The notes: a model not told the origin generated them from the sequence alone. A stretch of 64,000 nucleotides of DNA from Phycisphaerae bacterium (GCA_012729015.1 JAAYDY010000042.1:77608-141607), one strand, 5' to 3'; numbered from the stretch's first letter, positions 1-9,596 are shown. Program-made: numbers and translations.

Positions 1-337
1 CGTAGTGAGCCAGGGCAATCTTGTAGAGGCTGTCGCCGGGCTGGACCTCGTAGCCGCCCCGCGCCGCCGCATCGCGCTGTGAAGGCGGCGAGATTTCCTG
101 TCCGCGGGGCTCGTGAGGGCGAAGCACCAGGCCATCCACCCGAGGGCCAACCGACGGAGAACTCGTGTCCGGCGTCCGAACCACCGCGGGCAGAGTCCGC
201 GACGACGGCTGCTCAGCCACCGTGGAGGACGAATCCGCGCCGCCGTGGCCCCAGAGACCTGTGGCGAAGTAGACCACCACGCCGACAATGGCCGAGGCCA
301 CAAGCACAATGGCGACAATTGCCAGAAGACGTTTCAA
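1..337 (-). CDS. LysM domain-containing membrane protein, 3' end of gene lies off the left edge
   Basis: Minus-strand reading frame with no ATG, so it is absent from the ORF track. It translates as VPLKRLLAIVAIVLVASAIVGVVVYFATGLWG (one TM helix) ... GGYEVQPGDSLYKIALAHY, a canonical LysM N-terminus. TTG at 335-337 is preceded by GAGG about 7 nt upstream; GTG at 341-343 is an alternative start. Confidence 0.45.
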   Translation of the reverse strand, partial: MKRLLAIVAIVLVASAIVGVVVYFATGLWGHGGADSSSTVAEQPSSRTLPAVVRTPDTSSPSVGPRVDGLVLRPHEPRGQEISPPSQRDAAARGGYEVQPGDSLYKIALAHY

Positions 338-500
338 GGGCACCCTCGCAGACCTGATCGGCACAAACCTTCCACCGCCCCATATTATCGACTTTCGAGA
401 CCGATGACTACAGTCGTGACGGGGATTTCCGCGAGGTCGCCCTGCCGGCGGCGAACGCTCCTGGCGACCCGCCGGCCGAGCACCCCAAGTCGGGCCGGAC

Positions 501-533
501 AAAGAAACGGGCGGCCCGTTCAGGACCGCCCGT
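501..533 (-). terminator. Putative rho-independent terminator downstream of secDF
   Basis: The minus strand reads acgggcggtcc-tgaa-cgggccgcccgt (GC-rich imperfect hairpin) followed by ttcttt, just after the secDF stop at 564. Confidence 0.35.
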
Positions 534-563
534 CATATGCTGCCGGATAAAAACATCCGCCCA

Positions 564-3500
564 TCAGATCGCCGACGATCCGGTCTTCTGTGCGGCCGCA
601 GCCTTCCGCTTGCGAAGCAGCAGGAGCAGCGGACTGGCGATGGCAATCGAGGAGTAGGTGCCCCAGATAACGCCGAACATCAGGACGAAGGCGAAACCGT
701 GGACCGCAGACTGCACGCCGCCGAACAGGTACAGGATGAAGACGACGATGAACGTCGTAAACGACGTCATGATCGTTCGAGTCAGCGTCTGGTTGATGGA
801 CGCGTCGATGACGGACTCGGACAACTCGCCGAACTTGCCGCGGATCTCGCGGATACGGTCGAAGACGACGATCGTGTCGTTGAGCGAGTAGCCGATCAGC
901 GTCAGGAAGGCGCCGATCATGGGCAGGTCGATCTTCATCTCGCCGATCAGCGGCACGTTGCGGCCGAACCAGGAGAAGACGACGACCATGCCCAGGACGA
1001 TCGCGACGTCGTGGACCAGGGACAACACGGCCGCCAGGCCATAGCTGATGCGGGCGAACCGGAACCAGATGTAGAGGATGATGATGGCCAGCGACGCCGC
1101 GGCCGCATAGAGGGCCTGCCCCTTGGCCTCGTCGCCGATGCTCTTGGCGACCTTGGTGCTGATCAGGGCCGGGGCCTTGGCGATGCCGTTGCGAAGCGCC
1201 ACCTGCCATGCCTCGCGCGTGCGTTCAACGACCGCCTGATCGGTGGTGCCGAGCCGCGGGTCGTAGACATGGACAAGGAACTTCGAGTAGCCCCTGTCTC
1301 CCCTGGCAAGGCCGGGATAGGGCAGGATCTCCCGGGCCACCGACGCCTTGTCCGGCTCCTGATTCCTCAGGTACTCGTCGAGGCGCTTGGCAACATCCCG
1401 CACCGGACGCTCGTCGCCGACCAGGTCGATGGTGGCCTGAATGGACCCGACGTATTTCAGGTACTCGTTGAGGATCAGCTTGCTGCCGGCGGTGGAGGCG
1501 TCCAGGCCGCGGTTCTGCATCTGGAGCACCATGTCCTTGTCGAGGATGCGCGTCTCGACTTTGACCTGAAGCTCGCTGGTCTTGGCCAGCACGTCCCGGA
1601 ACCGCTGCCTGAGGGTCTCCTTGACGATTTCGTCGTCGCTGCTCAGGACACGGACGCTGTAGCGGCGATCGGCGAACTCGCCATCCCGATAGATGATCGG
1701 CTGGACAACAGCGCTGCCGTATCCCATGCTGAGAGTCGACGCCGGGACGGGGGCATTCTGGAGGGTCGTGGCGAAAGCCCCCGCCAGGTCCGCCGCCACC
1801 TTGGCAGTGTCGGCCGAGAAGACCTGAATCCGGTAACCGTGCCCCGTCACGACGCCTTCTTCGTCGGGCAACCCGATCACGAGGGCGTCGGCGTACTCGC
1901 CCGACAGGCCGGCCACCTTCTCACGGACCGCCGGAACGTCCGTGGCGTCTTTCAGCCACAGGGTCGCGACAACGCCGCTGTCGAGGCCTGCGACGCGGCT
2001 GCGGACGGCGTCAATCTGGACCGCCTCGGAGAAGTTGAGTTCGACGGCCGTGCCGCCACGGAACTCCATGGCGTACTTGTCCTCGCCGACGTAGGTGCTC
2101 ACGGCGATGCCCGTCACGACCAGGATGGCACTGAGGAAGATGCACGGCCTGGCCAGCCTCGTGAAACGAACCTGACCCGGCTTGACCAGCCGGGGCATCA
2201 TGCGCAGCGTCCGCAGCAGCCCGGCGCCCAGGAGCACGTCGAAGAGGACGCGCGTCACGAGCAGCGCCGTGAACATGCTGGTGACAAGACCGATGCAGAG
2301 CACGATGGCGAAGCCCTTGACTTCGGGGCTGCCGACGAAGGCCAGAATCACGCCCGTCAGGAACGTCGTCAGGTTGCCGTCGAAGATGGCCGGCAGAGCC
2401 CGCGAGTAGCCGTTGCGGATCGCCAGGCGGATGCTGCTGCCCCGCTCCAGTTCCTCGCGGATGCGCTCGAAGACCAGCACGTTGGCGTCCACGGACATAC
2501 CCACCGTAAGGATGAGGCCGGCGATGCCCGGCAACGTCCAGACGCCCTTCATCGTGTACATGATGACCACGATGATCACCAGGTTGAGCACCACGGCGAT
2601 GTCGGCCACCAGGCCGGCGAAGAAGTAGAAGAGAATCATGACCGCGATCACCGCCAGCAGAGCGATCCACGACGCAGTCAGGCCGCGGCTGATGTTGTCC
2701 TGGCCCAGTTCGGGGCCGACCTGCCGCTCCGACAGCAGCCGCAGATCCACGTCCAGCGAGCCCGACTGAAGCACGGTCAGGACTTCGTCGCGCTCCTGCG
2801 GGGAGTCGTAGCCTTCGATGATGCCGCCGGCATCCAGCTCAGCCCGGATGGACGGTGCGCTGGTCACTTTGCCGTCAAGCACGATGGCCATACGCTTGCC
2901 GATGTGGGGGCCGGTCAGGCCTCGCAGGTTGTTCCTGGCGCCCGGCTTCATGACGAAGTGGACAATGGGACGACCGTCCTGGGTATCTTTGGCCGTCTTG
3001 GCGAAATCCTCGCCCTCAACCACGGGAGTGTCACGCCGAACGAGCACCTCGACATCCGACAACTGCTCGGGCGCCGGTGCCGCCGCGGCGGTCTCAGCCG
3101 TCGCAGGCTCCGTCGCACTTTCAGCCGTCGTCGCCTCGCTACCGTCGTCGGGCTGGTCCGAGACCACCGTCGTGGCGGTTTCCGCCTTGCCGGCGTCGCC
3201 GGCCTGGTGAATGACGAAAATGGCCATTCCCTGGGCGGCCCCCGCAACGCCCGGGCGATAGAACGGGCTGACGTGGAGCTTCGCAGCCTCGTCGCGGCTG
3301 AGGTTGCCCAGGCTGAGGAATGCCGCGACGCGATCCCAGTCGGTCCTGGAGCTGTACTTCAGGGGCACCCATTCGAACCGGTCGAGCGGCTCACGCACGC
3401 CTTCGAGGCGGCGCTGGGCCAGTTCCTCAAAGTTCGGCACGTCCTCGGGGTCGGCCAGAAGGCGGAAGGTCAGGCGGCCGTTGCGGCCCAGCAGCCGCTT

Positions 3501-3824
3501 GACGGTCTGGACTTCCTCGGAATCGGAGCCCGCCATGCTGACTTCGATGCGGCCGGAGCCGATGCGACTGGTGATGGCGTAGTTCCGGGTGCCGGTCGGG
3601 TCAACGCGTCCCTTGAGCACCTTGATGATATCGTCCATGCGTTCCTGATCGGACTCGCCCACGACTTCGTACACCAGGTTGGTGCCGCCCTGGAGGTCGA
3701 TGCCCAGGCGGAAGTAGTCCTTGGCCGCCTTGAGCGGCTCGTCCTGGCGCGCCAAGTCGATGGCAGGAAGCGCGACGATCAGCGCCACAAACAGTATGGT
3801 GAACCAGAAGACCGTTCGATTCAT
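564..3824 (-). CDS. secDF: Protein translocase subunit SecDF (fused SecD-SecF)
   Basis: 1086 aa. N-terminal TM, large periplasmic domain and 12-TM SecD/SecF-type C-terminal halves (YEVVGESD..., ...GLVADIAVVLNLVIIV..., second half ...IGDEAKGQALYAAAASLAIIILYIWFRF...). yajC and tgt lie immediately upstream, the classic operon. Confidence 0.9.
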   Translation of the reverse strand: MNRTVFWFTILFVALIVALPAIDLARQDEPLKAAKDYFRLGIDLQGGTNLVYEVVGESDQERMDDIIKVLKGRVDPTGTRNYAITSRIGSGRIEVSMAGSDSEEVQTVKRLLGRNGRLTFRLLADPEDVPNFEELAQRRLEGVREPLDRFEWVPLKYSSRTDWDRVAAFLSLGNLSRDEAAKLHVSPFYRPGVAGAAQGMAIFVIHQAGDAGKAETATTVVSDQPDDGSEATTAESATEPATAETAAAAPAPEQLSDVEVLVRRDTPVVEGEDFAKTAKDTQDGRPIVHFVMKPGARNNLRGLTGPHIGKRMAIVLDGKVTSAPSIRAELDAGGIIEGYDSPQERDEVLTVLQSGSLDVDLRLLSERQVGPELGQDNISRGLTASWIALLAVIAVMILFYFFAGLVADIAVVLNLVIIVVIMYTMKGVWTLPGIAGLILTVGMSVDANVLVFERIREELERGSSIRLAIRNGYSRALPAIFDGNLTTFLTGVILAFVGSPEVKGFAIVLCIGLVTSMFTALLVTRVLFDVLLGAGLLRTLRMMPRLVKPGQVRFTRLARPCIFLSAILVVTGIAVSTYVGEDKYAMEFRGGTAVELNFSEAVQIDAVRSRVAGLDSGVVATLWLKDATDVPAVREKVAGLSGEYADALVIGLPDEEGVVTGHGYRIQVFSADTAKVAADLAGAFATTLQNAPVPASTLSMGYGSAVVQPIIYRDGEFADRRYSVRVLSSDDEIVKETLRQRFRDVLAKTSELQVKVETRILDKDMVLQMQNRGLDASTAGSKLILNEYLKYVGSIQATIDLVGDERPVRDVAKRLDEYLRNQEPDKASVAREILPYPGLARGDRGYSKFLVHVYDPRLGTTDQAVVERTREAWQVALRNGIAKAPALISTKVAKSIGDEAKGQALYAAAASLAIIILYIWFRFARISYGLAAVLSLVHDVAIVLGMVVVFSWFGRNVPLIGEMKIDLPMIGAFLTLIGYSLNDTIVVFDRIREIRGKFGELSESVIDASINQTLTRTIMTSFTTFIVVFILYLFGGVQSAVHGFAFVLMFGVIWGTYSSIAIASPLLLLLRKRKAAAAQKTGSSAI

Positions 3825-3942
3825 GGCTGTTGGCTATTCCCTTTTTCTAGAGTCGTCGGACCCGGCGGCGCCGGGCCGCGTGCGAGGGGCTTCGTCGCAC
3901 GTTCTGGAACTGCCGTCACACGTCACGTCCATGCACGGGCGA

Positions 3943-4434
3943 TCAGGCCTGCTTGGCGGCCTGGTCTTCTTCGTCGGTCAGCACCCGACCGACGTGCGTC
4001 TTCTCCACGCGGATGCGGACGTCGTTGCGCTCGTCGATCTTCAGCACGACGCCCGACTCGTCCACCGAGTAGACCACCCCGTGGATGCCGCCAATCGTCA
4101 CCACGTGGTCGTTCTTCTTCATGGCGCTGAGCATCTCGCGCCGCTTCTTCTCCTGCTTCTTCTGCGGGCGGAACATGACGAAGTACAGCACCACCAGCAT
4201 CACGCCCATCATCAGCAGCATCGACGGCTGGAACCCGCCCGGAGCGCTGTTCTGCGGACCGTTGCCGCCGTCGATTTCCTCGGCCACTTTGGTGCCGGTG
4301 ACGTGTTCTTCGCCGCCGGCAGCCCCTTCGGCCCCGTCGCCCGGGGCGGGCTGGGCAGTCGCTTCAGCAGCCGCCGGGGCGCTCGGCGCCGGAGTTTCCG
4401 TCGTTTCCTGAGCCAATATCACGAATCCGGACAT
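3943..4434 (-). CDS. yajC: Preprotein translocase subunit YajC
   Basis: 163 aa. Single TM, then MFRPQKKQEKKRREMLSAMKKNDHVVTIGGIHGVVYSV, the YajC signature. Sits between tgt and secDF. Confidence 0.85.
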   Translation of the reverse strand: MSGFVILAQETTETPAPSAPAAAEATAQPAPGDGAEGAAGGEEHVTGTKVAEEIDGGNGPQNSAPGGFQPSMLLMMGVMLVVLYFVMFRPQKKQEKKRREMLSAMKKNDHVVTIGGIHGVVYSVDESGVVLKIDERNDVRIRVEKTHVGRVLTDEEDQAAKQA

Positions 4435-4500
4435 GACACCTCCTTAGCATAGAGCATCTGCGCAGGCAGATGCAGACCGCGTACTATAGCTGCCGGGAAC

Positions 4501-5613
4501 CTATGAATCAACGCTTTTCAGGAACTCTTTTTCGTACTCGGCCAGCCGTCCGGCCCGGATGGCCTCGCGGATTCGGGCCATGAACCGCGCAAAAAACCGC
4601 AGGTTATGCAGGCTGGTCAGGATGGGGCCAAGCATCTCCCCCACCTGGAAGAAATGGCGAATCGCCCCACGGCTGAATCCGCGGCACGCCGGGCAATCGC
4701 AATCGGCCTCAATCGGGCCGCCGTCGCCCTCGTACTGCTGGTTACGCAGCCGCAGAATCCCCGAAAACGTGAACGCCGAGGCGTTGCGACCGTTCCGCGT
4801 CGGCAGGACGCAGTCGAACATGTCCACGCCGCGCCGGATAGCCCCGAGGATATCCCGCGGCTGGCCCACGCCCATCAGGTACCGCGGCCGGTCGGCCGGC
4901 AGTTCCGCCGCCGCCGAGTCCACGGCCCGCATCATGATCTCGTGCGGCTCGCCGACGCTCACCCCGCCGATGGCGTAGCCCGGCGACGGCACCTCGGCCA
5001 CCAGGCACCTGGCGGCCTGACGTCGCAGGTCGTCGAACTCGCCGCCCTGGACAATCGGAAACAGGGCCTGACGGTCGCTCGTCCGGTGGGCGTCGCGGCA
5101 TCGCCGAGCCCACAGCAGCGTCCGTTCCGTGGCCTCCTCCACCTCCGACCGCGACGCAGGATACGGCGGGCACTGGTCCAGCGCCATGACGATGTCGGCT
5201 CCGATGGCGGCTTGGGTTTCGATGCAGTTCTCGGGCGTCATCCGCAGGGCGGCCCCGTCGATGTGGCTGCGGAACTCGACGCCGTCGTCGTCCACGGTGC
5301 GCAGGTTCGACAGGCTGAAGACCTGGAACCCGCCGGAATCGGTCAGCACCGGACCATTCCACCCCATCATGGCCTGAATGCCGCCCAGGCGGCCGACCAC
5401 GTCGGCGCCCGGCCGCAGGGCCAGATGGTAGGTGTTGGCCAGGAGTATCTCCGCACCCAGGTCGCGCAGGTCCCGCGGCAGAAGACCTTTGACCGAGGCG
5501 CGGGTGCCCACGGGCATGAACGCCGGCGTCCGGAACGTGCCGTGAGGCGTCGAGAACTCGCCTGCCCTGGCGGCCGAGGAACCGTCGCGATGATGAATCT
5601 GAAAGTCGAACAT
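4501..5613 (-). CDS. tgt: Queuine tRNA-ribosyltransferase
   Basis: 370 aa. FSTPHGTFRTPAFMPVGTRASVKG..., LLANTYHL, C-terminal Zn site CDCPAC...H. Conserved tgt-yajC-secDF synteny. Confidence 0.9.
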   Translation of the reverse strand: MFDFQIHHRDGSSAARAGEFSTPHGTFRTPAFMPVGTRASVKGLLPRDLRDLGAEILLANTYHLALRPGADVVGRLGGIQAMMGWNGPVLTDSGGFQVFSLSNLRTVDDDGVEFRSHIDGAALRMTPENCIETQAAIGADIVMALDQCPPYPASRSEVEEATERTLLWARRCRDAHRTSDRQALFPIVQGGEFDDLRRQAARCLVAEVPSPGYAIGGVSVGEPHEIMMRAVDSAAAELPADRPRYLMGVGQPRDILGAIRRGVDMFDCVLPTRNGRNASAFTFSGILRLRNQQYEGDGGPIEADCDCPACRGFSRGAIRHFFQVGEMLGPILTSLHNLRFFARFMARIREAIRAGRLAEYEKEFLKSVDS

Positions 5614-5641
5614 GCGTCGCCGCTCCGCGCGCCGCGTGGCG

Positions 5642-6973
5642 TCAGTACACCCGAATCAGCTTGCTGCCCGGGTAGTAGTAATAGAGTATGCCCTCGGCGC
5701 GACGGCCGAGGCTGGCCTGCTTCTCGGCGCCGTACTGGCTCATGCCGATGCCATGACCGTAGCCGCGACCCGAGACCACCGCCACGCCGTCCTCGAGGCG
5801 AACGTCGAAGCGATCCGACCGGAACGGGGTTTCCGGCGGAAACTGCTTCTTGAACACGGAAACCGGGATTTCCCAAAGCCGGTCGGGCGACTCGGATGTC
5901 CAGAGGTTGACCCACCGGACGCGTCCGTCTTCGGTGCGGGCACGGTCGCCCGACTCGGCGACGGCAATCGCCTTCACGCCGCGCGCGGCCTCCATGACCT
6001 TGTTCGTGGCCCGCAGGTTCTTGAGCAACTGCTCGGCATCCTGGCGAATCTCCCACCGGTAGTTGGGCGCGTCGCTGCTGTAGCTGCAAGCCACGCCCAT
6101 CAGGGGCGGAATCCGCGGCGCCTTCGGGAAGAGCTGGTACGCCGCCACGGCCTGACCACCGCTGGTGCTGTGATAGAATGTCTCGAAGAGTCTGGGGCCG
6201 CTGCCGCCATCATAGGTCAGGACAACGCCTTGCGTCTGGCGGACGGCCTCGCGGGCCTTCTCGGTCTCGCTGGCGGCCCCTTCCTGGTACGCCTGGCTGC
6301 GGCCGCTGCTGTCATAGACGTCGAAGGACCGGCCCGACGGCACATTCTTCATGTGATAGAGGGCGAAGGTCCGGGCGGCAATGGCCTGGGCCTTGTGCGT
6401 CTCGATGTGCCATTTGCCCAGGAGCTCCTTGCCGACCACGCTGACCAGGTACTGCTCCAAGGGGAGGACATTCACCAGGGACACCTTGTCACTGTCGGCG
6501 CTGACGCGCAAGGTGCCGCGGAACACGGGTTGCCGGGCCGTCGGGCTCGGGGCGGGAAACACGATGCGGGCCTCCTCCACGTGGGCCGGCACAATAACCA
6601 CATGGCCGCTGTCGAGGGGCTGCTCGTTCAGGAAGAGCTTGCCACCCTTGACCGAGAAGCTCGCCCCGGCCAGTTCCTCCCCCTGCCCGAGCATCTTGCC
6701 GCTGAGGCGATCATACATCTGGTATCGATCCAGCACGTTCACGAGCCGCGAGGGCGTGTCCTCGCCGATCTTCACGCGGATGTACGGCCCCGCCAGGGAC
6801 GCCTCGCCTGGAATCTCGACGGACGGCTCGGGACGGCACCCCGTCAACCAGACACAGAGCCACACCAGAGCCGCCGGTCCCGCCAGATAGCGCAACCGCG
6901 ACGCGCTAGCCGCAGCCGTGACGCGATGGAACATCGAGAGAGCCTTTCCTGGGAATGGGGTTGCCGGGGGCAC
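5642..6973 (-). CDS. SpoIID/LytB domain protein (secreted)
   Basis: 443 aa. N-terminal signal/TM. C-terminal GRGYGHGIGMSQYGA motif typical of the SpoIID/LytB amidase-enhancer family. Confidence 0.75.
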   Translation of the reverse strand: MPPATPFPGKALSMFHRVTAAASASRLRYLAGPAALVWLCVWLTGCRPEPSVEIPGEASLAGPYIRVKIGEDTPSRLVNVLDRYQMYDRLSGKMLGQGEELAGASFSVKGGKLFLNEQPLDSGHVVIVPAHVEEARIVFPAPSPTARQPVFRGTLRVSADSDKVSLVNVLPLEQYLVSVVGKELLGKWHIETHKAQAIAARTFALYHMKNVPSGRSFDVYDSSGRSQAYQEGAASETEKAREAVRQTQGVVLTYDGGSGPRLFETFYHSTSGGQAVAAYQLFPKAPRIPPLMGVACSYSSDAPNYRWEIRQDAEQLLKNLRATNKVMEAARGVKAIAVAESGDRARTEDGRVRWVNLWTSESPDRLWEIPVSVFKKQFPPETPFRSDRFDVRLEDGVAVVSGRGYGHGIGMSQYGAEKQASLGRRAEGILYYYYPGSKLIRVY

Positions 6974-7008
6974 GGCCTTCGCGCCCGCATCGTTCCTGTC
7001 ATCGGCAA

Positions 7009-7596
7009 TCAGCCGGGCCGCACATCAGGACATTGGTCCGAATCGTGGCCCTGGCCGCGGTACACGTGCAGGCCGGTGTCCTTGTAGCGCTGGTACTCGC
7101 TGAAGATGCAGCCACAGTACTGCTGACGATAGAGGTTGCGCCGCCGGGCCTCCTCGTGGGCGGGTTCGGCCAGATGTCGCCAGTCGAAGTAGGCGAACGG
7201 CACGCCGACGGCGTCGGCCACCTCCTCCCCGACACGGCGCACCACGTCGTGCTGCTGGTGGCGGCTGACGAGCAACGTAGTGGTGAAAGCCTCGTCGCCT
7301 CGCCGGCGGGCAAGTTCGGCCGTCCGCAGCAGCCTCATGCGGTAGCACTGTTCGCAGCGACGGGCGGCACGGCGGTCCACCGTGTCGAGGAACGCGTCGA
7401 GCCCGTACTGCTCGTCGCAGACGGTCTCGATGCCCTCGCAATCGGCCAGAAGGCGGAACGCCTTGAGGCGACGGCGGAACTCGATCAGCGGATGGATGTT
7501 GGGATTGTAGAAGTAAGCGACAAGGCCCCGCTCGCGCAGCCCGTCGAGCGGGCCGAGCAGGCACTCCGCACAGCAGGCATGAACGAGCAGGGCCAT
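7009..7596 (-). CDS. queH: Epoxyqueuosine reductase QueH (DUF208)
   Basis: 195 aa. MALLVHACCAECLLGPL... YFYNPNIHP ... CEQCY ... YCGCIFS, the Cys-rich QueH/DUF208 pattern. Confidence 0.8.
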   Translation of the reverse strand: MALLVHACCAECLLGPLDGLRERGLVAYFYNPNIHPLIEFRRRLKAFRLLADCEGIETVCDEQYGLDAFLDTVDRRAARRCEQCYRMRLLRTAELARRRGDEAFTTTLLVSRHQQHDVVRRVGEEVADAVGVPFAYFDWRHLAEPAHEEARRRNLYRQQYCGCIFSEYQRYKDTGLHVYRGQGHDSDQCPDVRPG

Positions 7597-7604
7597 GAGA
7601 TCGG

Positions 7605-8639
7605 CTATTCTTTGAGCGACAGTCCGTAACGCCTGAGCTTCTGCTTGACCTCATTGAGCGATGTCTGGCCGAAATTCTTGGAGTTCAGCAGGTCGGCCTC
7701 GGTGATGCCCGCCAGGTCGCTCAGGGTATTCAGCGACAGCCGCTGGAAACACTTGCGGCAACGGATCGAAAAATCGATGGTTTCCAGGAGGATATCGGCC
7801 ACGGGCGACGTTGCGGCAGGCGCCTCGACGGCCACGGGGCGCTTGGGCGGCTGCTTGACGGTCTGCTGCTCCAGCCCCATGCCGAGATAGAGGCCCTTGG
7901 AGGCGAGCATCTCCTTGATCTCGGCCAGCGACGTTTCGCCGAAGTTCTTGTACGACAGCAGGTCGGCCTCCGTGTGCATGATGAGGTCGCCGAGGGTATG
8001 GACGTTCATCTTCTTGAGGCAGTTGCGGCTTCGGACCGAGAGCTCGAAATCGGTGACGGGGATTTCGAGCACCTGGTTGCGCCGGTCGCGGCGGCGTTCC
8101 TGCTCCTCGTCGTAGAACATGCCCATGGCAGCCTGGGCGTCGCGCAGGGCCAGTCGAGCCCGGGCGTGGTTGGGATTGAATTCGAGCACCTTGCGATAGC
8201 ACTCGACGGCCTTTTCGTAGGCGGCCGGATCGGCGTAGCCGCGCTCCTCGTAGAGCATGCCGAGGTTCAGCATGGCGGCATGGTCGCGCGGGTAGGCTTT
8301 GACGCAGGCGTCGTAGCATTCCATGGCCCTGGCTTCGTCGCCGCGCAGATCGCACAGGTAGCCGAGCCGGAACCGGGCCGCACGGAAATGCGGATTGGCC
8401 GCCAGGGACGCCTCGTAGGCGGCCAGCGCCTCGTCGTATCGTCCCAGGTCTTCCAGCGTGCGACCGAGCGCGTACTGGTGCCTGGCGACATCGTCGGCCT
8501 GCGGCTTGATCTTCGTAAGCACCTTCAGCGACGCCTCGGCATCGCCCTGGCTTCTCATCTGCTCGGCCTTCTGAAGCTCACTGTCAGCCATATTCGCCGG
8601 CTCCTCATGAAGGATGCGGTCATCGGTTATCACGAACAA
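7605..8639 (-). CDS. TPR-repeat protein with two C-terminal RNA polymerase alpha-subunit CTD-like (HhH) domains
   Basis: 344 aa. N-terminal half is TPR-like (AYEASLAANPHFRAARFRLGYL..., YEKAVECYRKVLEFNPNHARA). The sequence then carries two copies of an alpha-CTD-like module: IPVTDFELSVRSRNCLKKMNVHTLGDLIMHTEADLLSYKNFGETSLAEIKEMLASKGLYLGMG and ETIDFSIRCRKCFQRLSLNTLSDLAGITEADLLNSKNFGQTSLNEVKQKLRRYGLSL. Confidence 0.7.
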   Translation of the reverse strand: MFVITDDRILHEEPANMADSELQKAEQMRSQGDAEASLKVLTKIKPQADDVARHQYALGRTLEDLGRYDEALAAYEASLAANPHFRAARFRLGYLCDLRGDEARAMECYDACVKAYPRDHAAMLNLGMLYEERGYADPAAYEKAVECYRKVLEFNPNHARARLALRDAQAAMGMFYDEEQERRRDRRNQVLEIPVTDFELSVRSRNCLKKMNVHTLGDLIMHTEADLLSYKNFGETSLAEIKEMLASKGLYLGMGLEQQTVKQPPKRPVAVEAPAATSPVADILLETIDFSIRCRKCFQRLSLNTLSDLAGITEADLLNSKNFGQTSLNEVKQKLRRYGLSLKE

Positions 8640-8697
8640 GACCCGGCATTATACAGACGGCCTCCGAAAAATGCAACCCCGTCGCAGCCTGCCTCAC

Positions 8698-8797
8698 GGG
8701 GTGCATTGACGTTTTGGGGGCCGTACCGTGGCATGGGCATCCTGCCCATGAGTGGCAGGGGCATCTTGCCCCTGCTTCCCCAAAACGTTAATGCACC
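8698..8797. repeat. MITE/REP-like intergenic element, copy 1 (orientation A)
   Basis: Terminal inverted repeats ggtgcattgacgttttgggg / ccccaaaacgttaatgcacc. Two internal hairpins. Matches copies at 25861, 40865 and 49521. Confidence 0.8.
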
Positions 8798-8912
8798 GTG
8801 CCCCACGCAACAGCTTGACAGGCGGCGGCGGGCCTTCTAGACTCGGCCGGCTCGGCGGAGGAGGCCATGGGGGGCTTCTCCGAGGGCCAGCCGTACCCAG
8901 GAGGCCGTTGTC

Positions 8913-9596
8913 GTGACCGACCAGGACCCATGGCGCAGCCGCACCGAGGACTATACCGCCGAGGAACGCGTGCGGCTGGACAAGTGCGCCGACCTGCTGC
9001 GCAAGGTCCAGTCGGGTCGCCCGGGGCCACTGGAGGTTCTGGACATCGGGTGCGGGTGCGGGGCCATGGGCCAGCTTCTCTCGGGCCCGCAATTCAGGCT
9101 CTCGGGCATCGAGCTGGACAGCCGCTCGGCCGACGAGGCCCGCCGGCACTACGCCGAGGTGGCGGTGCAGGATCTGACGGCCCGGTGGCCGTTTGACGAC
9201 CACCGGTTCGACGCCCTGCTGGCCCTGGCGGTTCTGGAGCACGTGGTGGATTACCGGGCCCTGCTCTGCCAGGCCGCCCGCGTGCTGAAGCCCGGCGGCT
9301 GCCTCATCGTCGAGGTGCCCAACCTCGGCTACTGGAAAGAAGTCCGCAAACTCCTGTTCCGCAAGCAGCCGCACTGGCTCAAGCAGTACGACCACGTACG
9401 CGGCTGGACGCTTGGCTATCTCAAGGTCGCGCTGGCTGAGCACGGGTTCGTGGCGGTCCATGCCGAGTGCGACCGGCTGAATCTGCCGCTGGTGCCGGCG
9501 TCGCGATGGATGGAGCGGCACCTGGCCTCCTGGGGACGCGTGCTCATCGTGCAACTGGTCAAGGCCAACGGGACGCCCACGTCATGCCGCGAGTGA
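8913..9596 (+). CDS. Class I SAM-dependent methyltransferase
   Basis: 227 aa. VLDIGCGCGAMG (motif I) ... LKPGGCLIVEVPN. Confidence 0.75.
   Translation: MTDQDPWRSRTEDYTAEERVRLDKCADLLRKVQSGRPGPLEVLDIGCGCGAMGQLLSGPQFRLSGIELDSRSADEARRHYAEVAVQDLTARWPFDDHRFDALLALAVLEHVVDYRALLCQAARVLKPGGCLIVEVPNLGYWKEVRKLLFRKQPHWLKQYDHVRGWTLGYLKVALAEHGFVAVHAECDRLNLPLVPASRWMERHLASWGRVLIVQLVKANGTPTSCRE

Noticed and set aside
537-4130. 1197-aa plus-strand ORF antisense to secDF. Other examples are 5612..7087, 13597..17007, 17191..19377, 19729..21993, 54156..56768, 58929..60971 and 61529..63259.
   Set aside because: They are extremely Arg/Gly/Asp/His-rich with low-complexity composition, and lie opposite well-supported genes. 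These are typical shadow ORFs in a high-GC genome.
9467-9583. N-terminal 39-aa extension of the glycosyltransferase ORF
   Set aside because: The extension is Ala/Gly/Arg-rich with no RBS. The internal ATG at 9584 gives the canonical GT2 N-terminus and the usual overlap with the upstream gene.
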